A stretch of 64,000 bases of DNA, from contig JAWMAR010000471.1 of the NCBI GenBank assembly GCA_036785375.1, forward strand, positions 868,001-932,000, in the 5' to 3' direction. Below, in pieces: positions 63,798-64,000 of the stretch. The stretch is from Leucoraja ocellata (Eukaryota). Both the position numbers and the translations under genes were made by a program. The first letter of the stretch is position 1. Each line of letters begins with the position of its first letter. The notes beneath the pieces were generated by a model that had not been told where the DNA came from, ran no database searches, and saw only the letters and a list, made by a program, of their open reading frames with translations.

Positions 63798-64000
63798 AAC
63801 ATTTAACTTAACATTACACTAACTACACTTAACATTTATATTGATGTCTTGTTGCTCTTTACTGTTACGACGGCATGATTTGACGGTATGTTGCAAACCA
63901 TTCTTGGCTAATAAAGTACTATTATGAGTATGATTTTGAATATGATATTATACCACAAAGGCAGAAAATAGATGGGTGACCACCAGTGAACGGATTATGG

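Overview
This is vertebrate genomic DNA, almost certainly from a cartilaginous fish (shark or skate/ray). It lies in the V region of a T-cell receptor alpha/delta locus, is dense in CR1, L2, Rex/Babar and Penelope retroelement debris, and has seven N-gaps. Reading splice sites and RAG recombination signals by hand shows four things. (1) Two conventional leader+V(alpha/delta) genes with 23-RSS lie in the two copies of a ~7.5-8 kb segmental duplication (1-8002 vs 25266-32707). (2) Two head-to-head NAR-TCR cassettes each run leader - IgNAR-like V - D - NAR-type J - leaderless supporting V-delta with 23-RSS, at 44162-50009 (-) and 56635-60012 (+). The minus cassette is unrearranged V23-12D12-23J but its NAR-like V is frameshifted. 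The plus cassette is intact and its V appears already fused to D in the germline, followed directly by a 12-RSS. (3) Five members of a two-exon GPR139/GPR142-like rhodopsin GPCR family are interleaved among the V genes: one intact, three disrupted, and one with only exon 1 in the window. (4) There are assorted MITE, SINE, minisatellite and microsatellite features. The most interesting signals are the apparent germline-joined NAR-TCR V-D and the co-duplicating GPCR+V unit. The ORF track mostly misses the immune segments because they are spliced and have no start codons.
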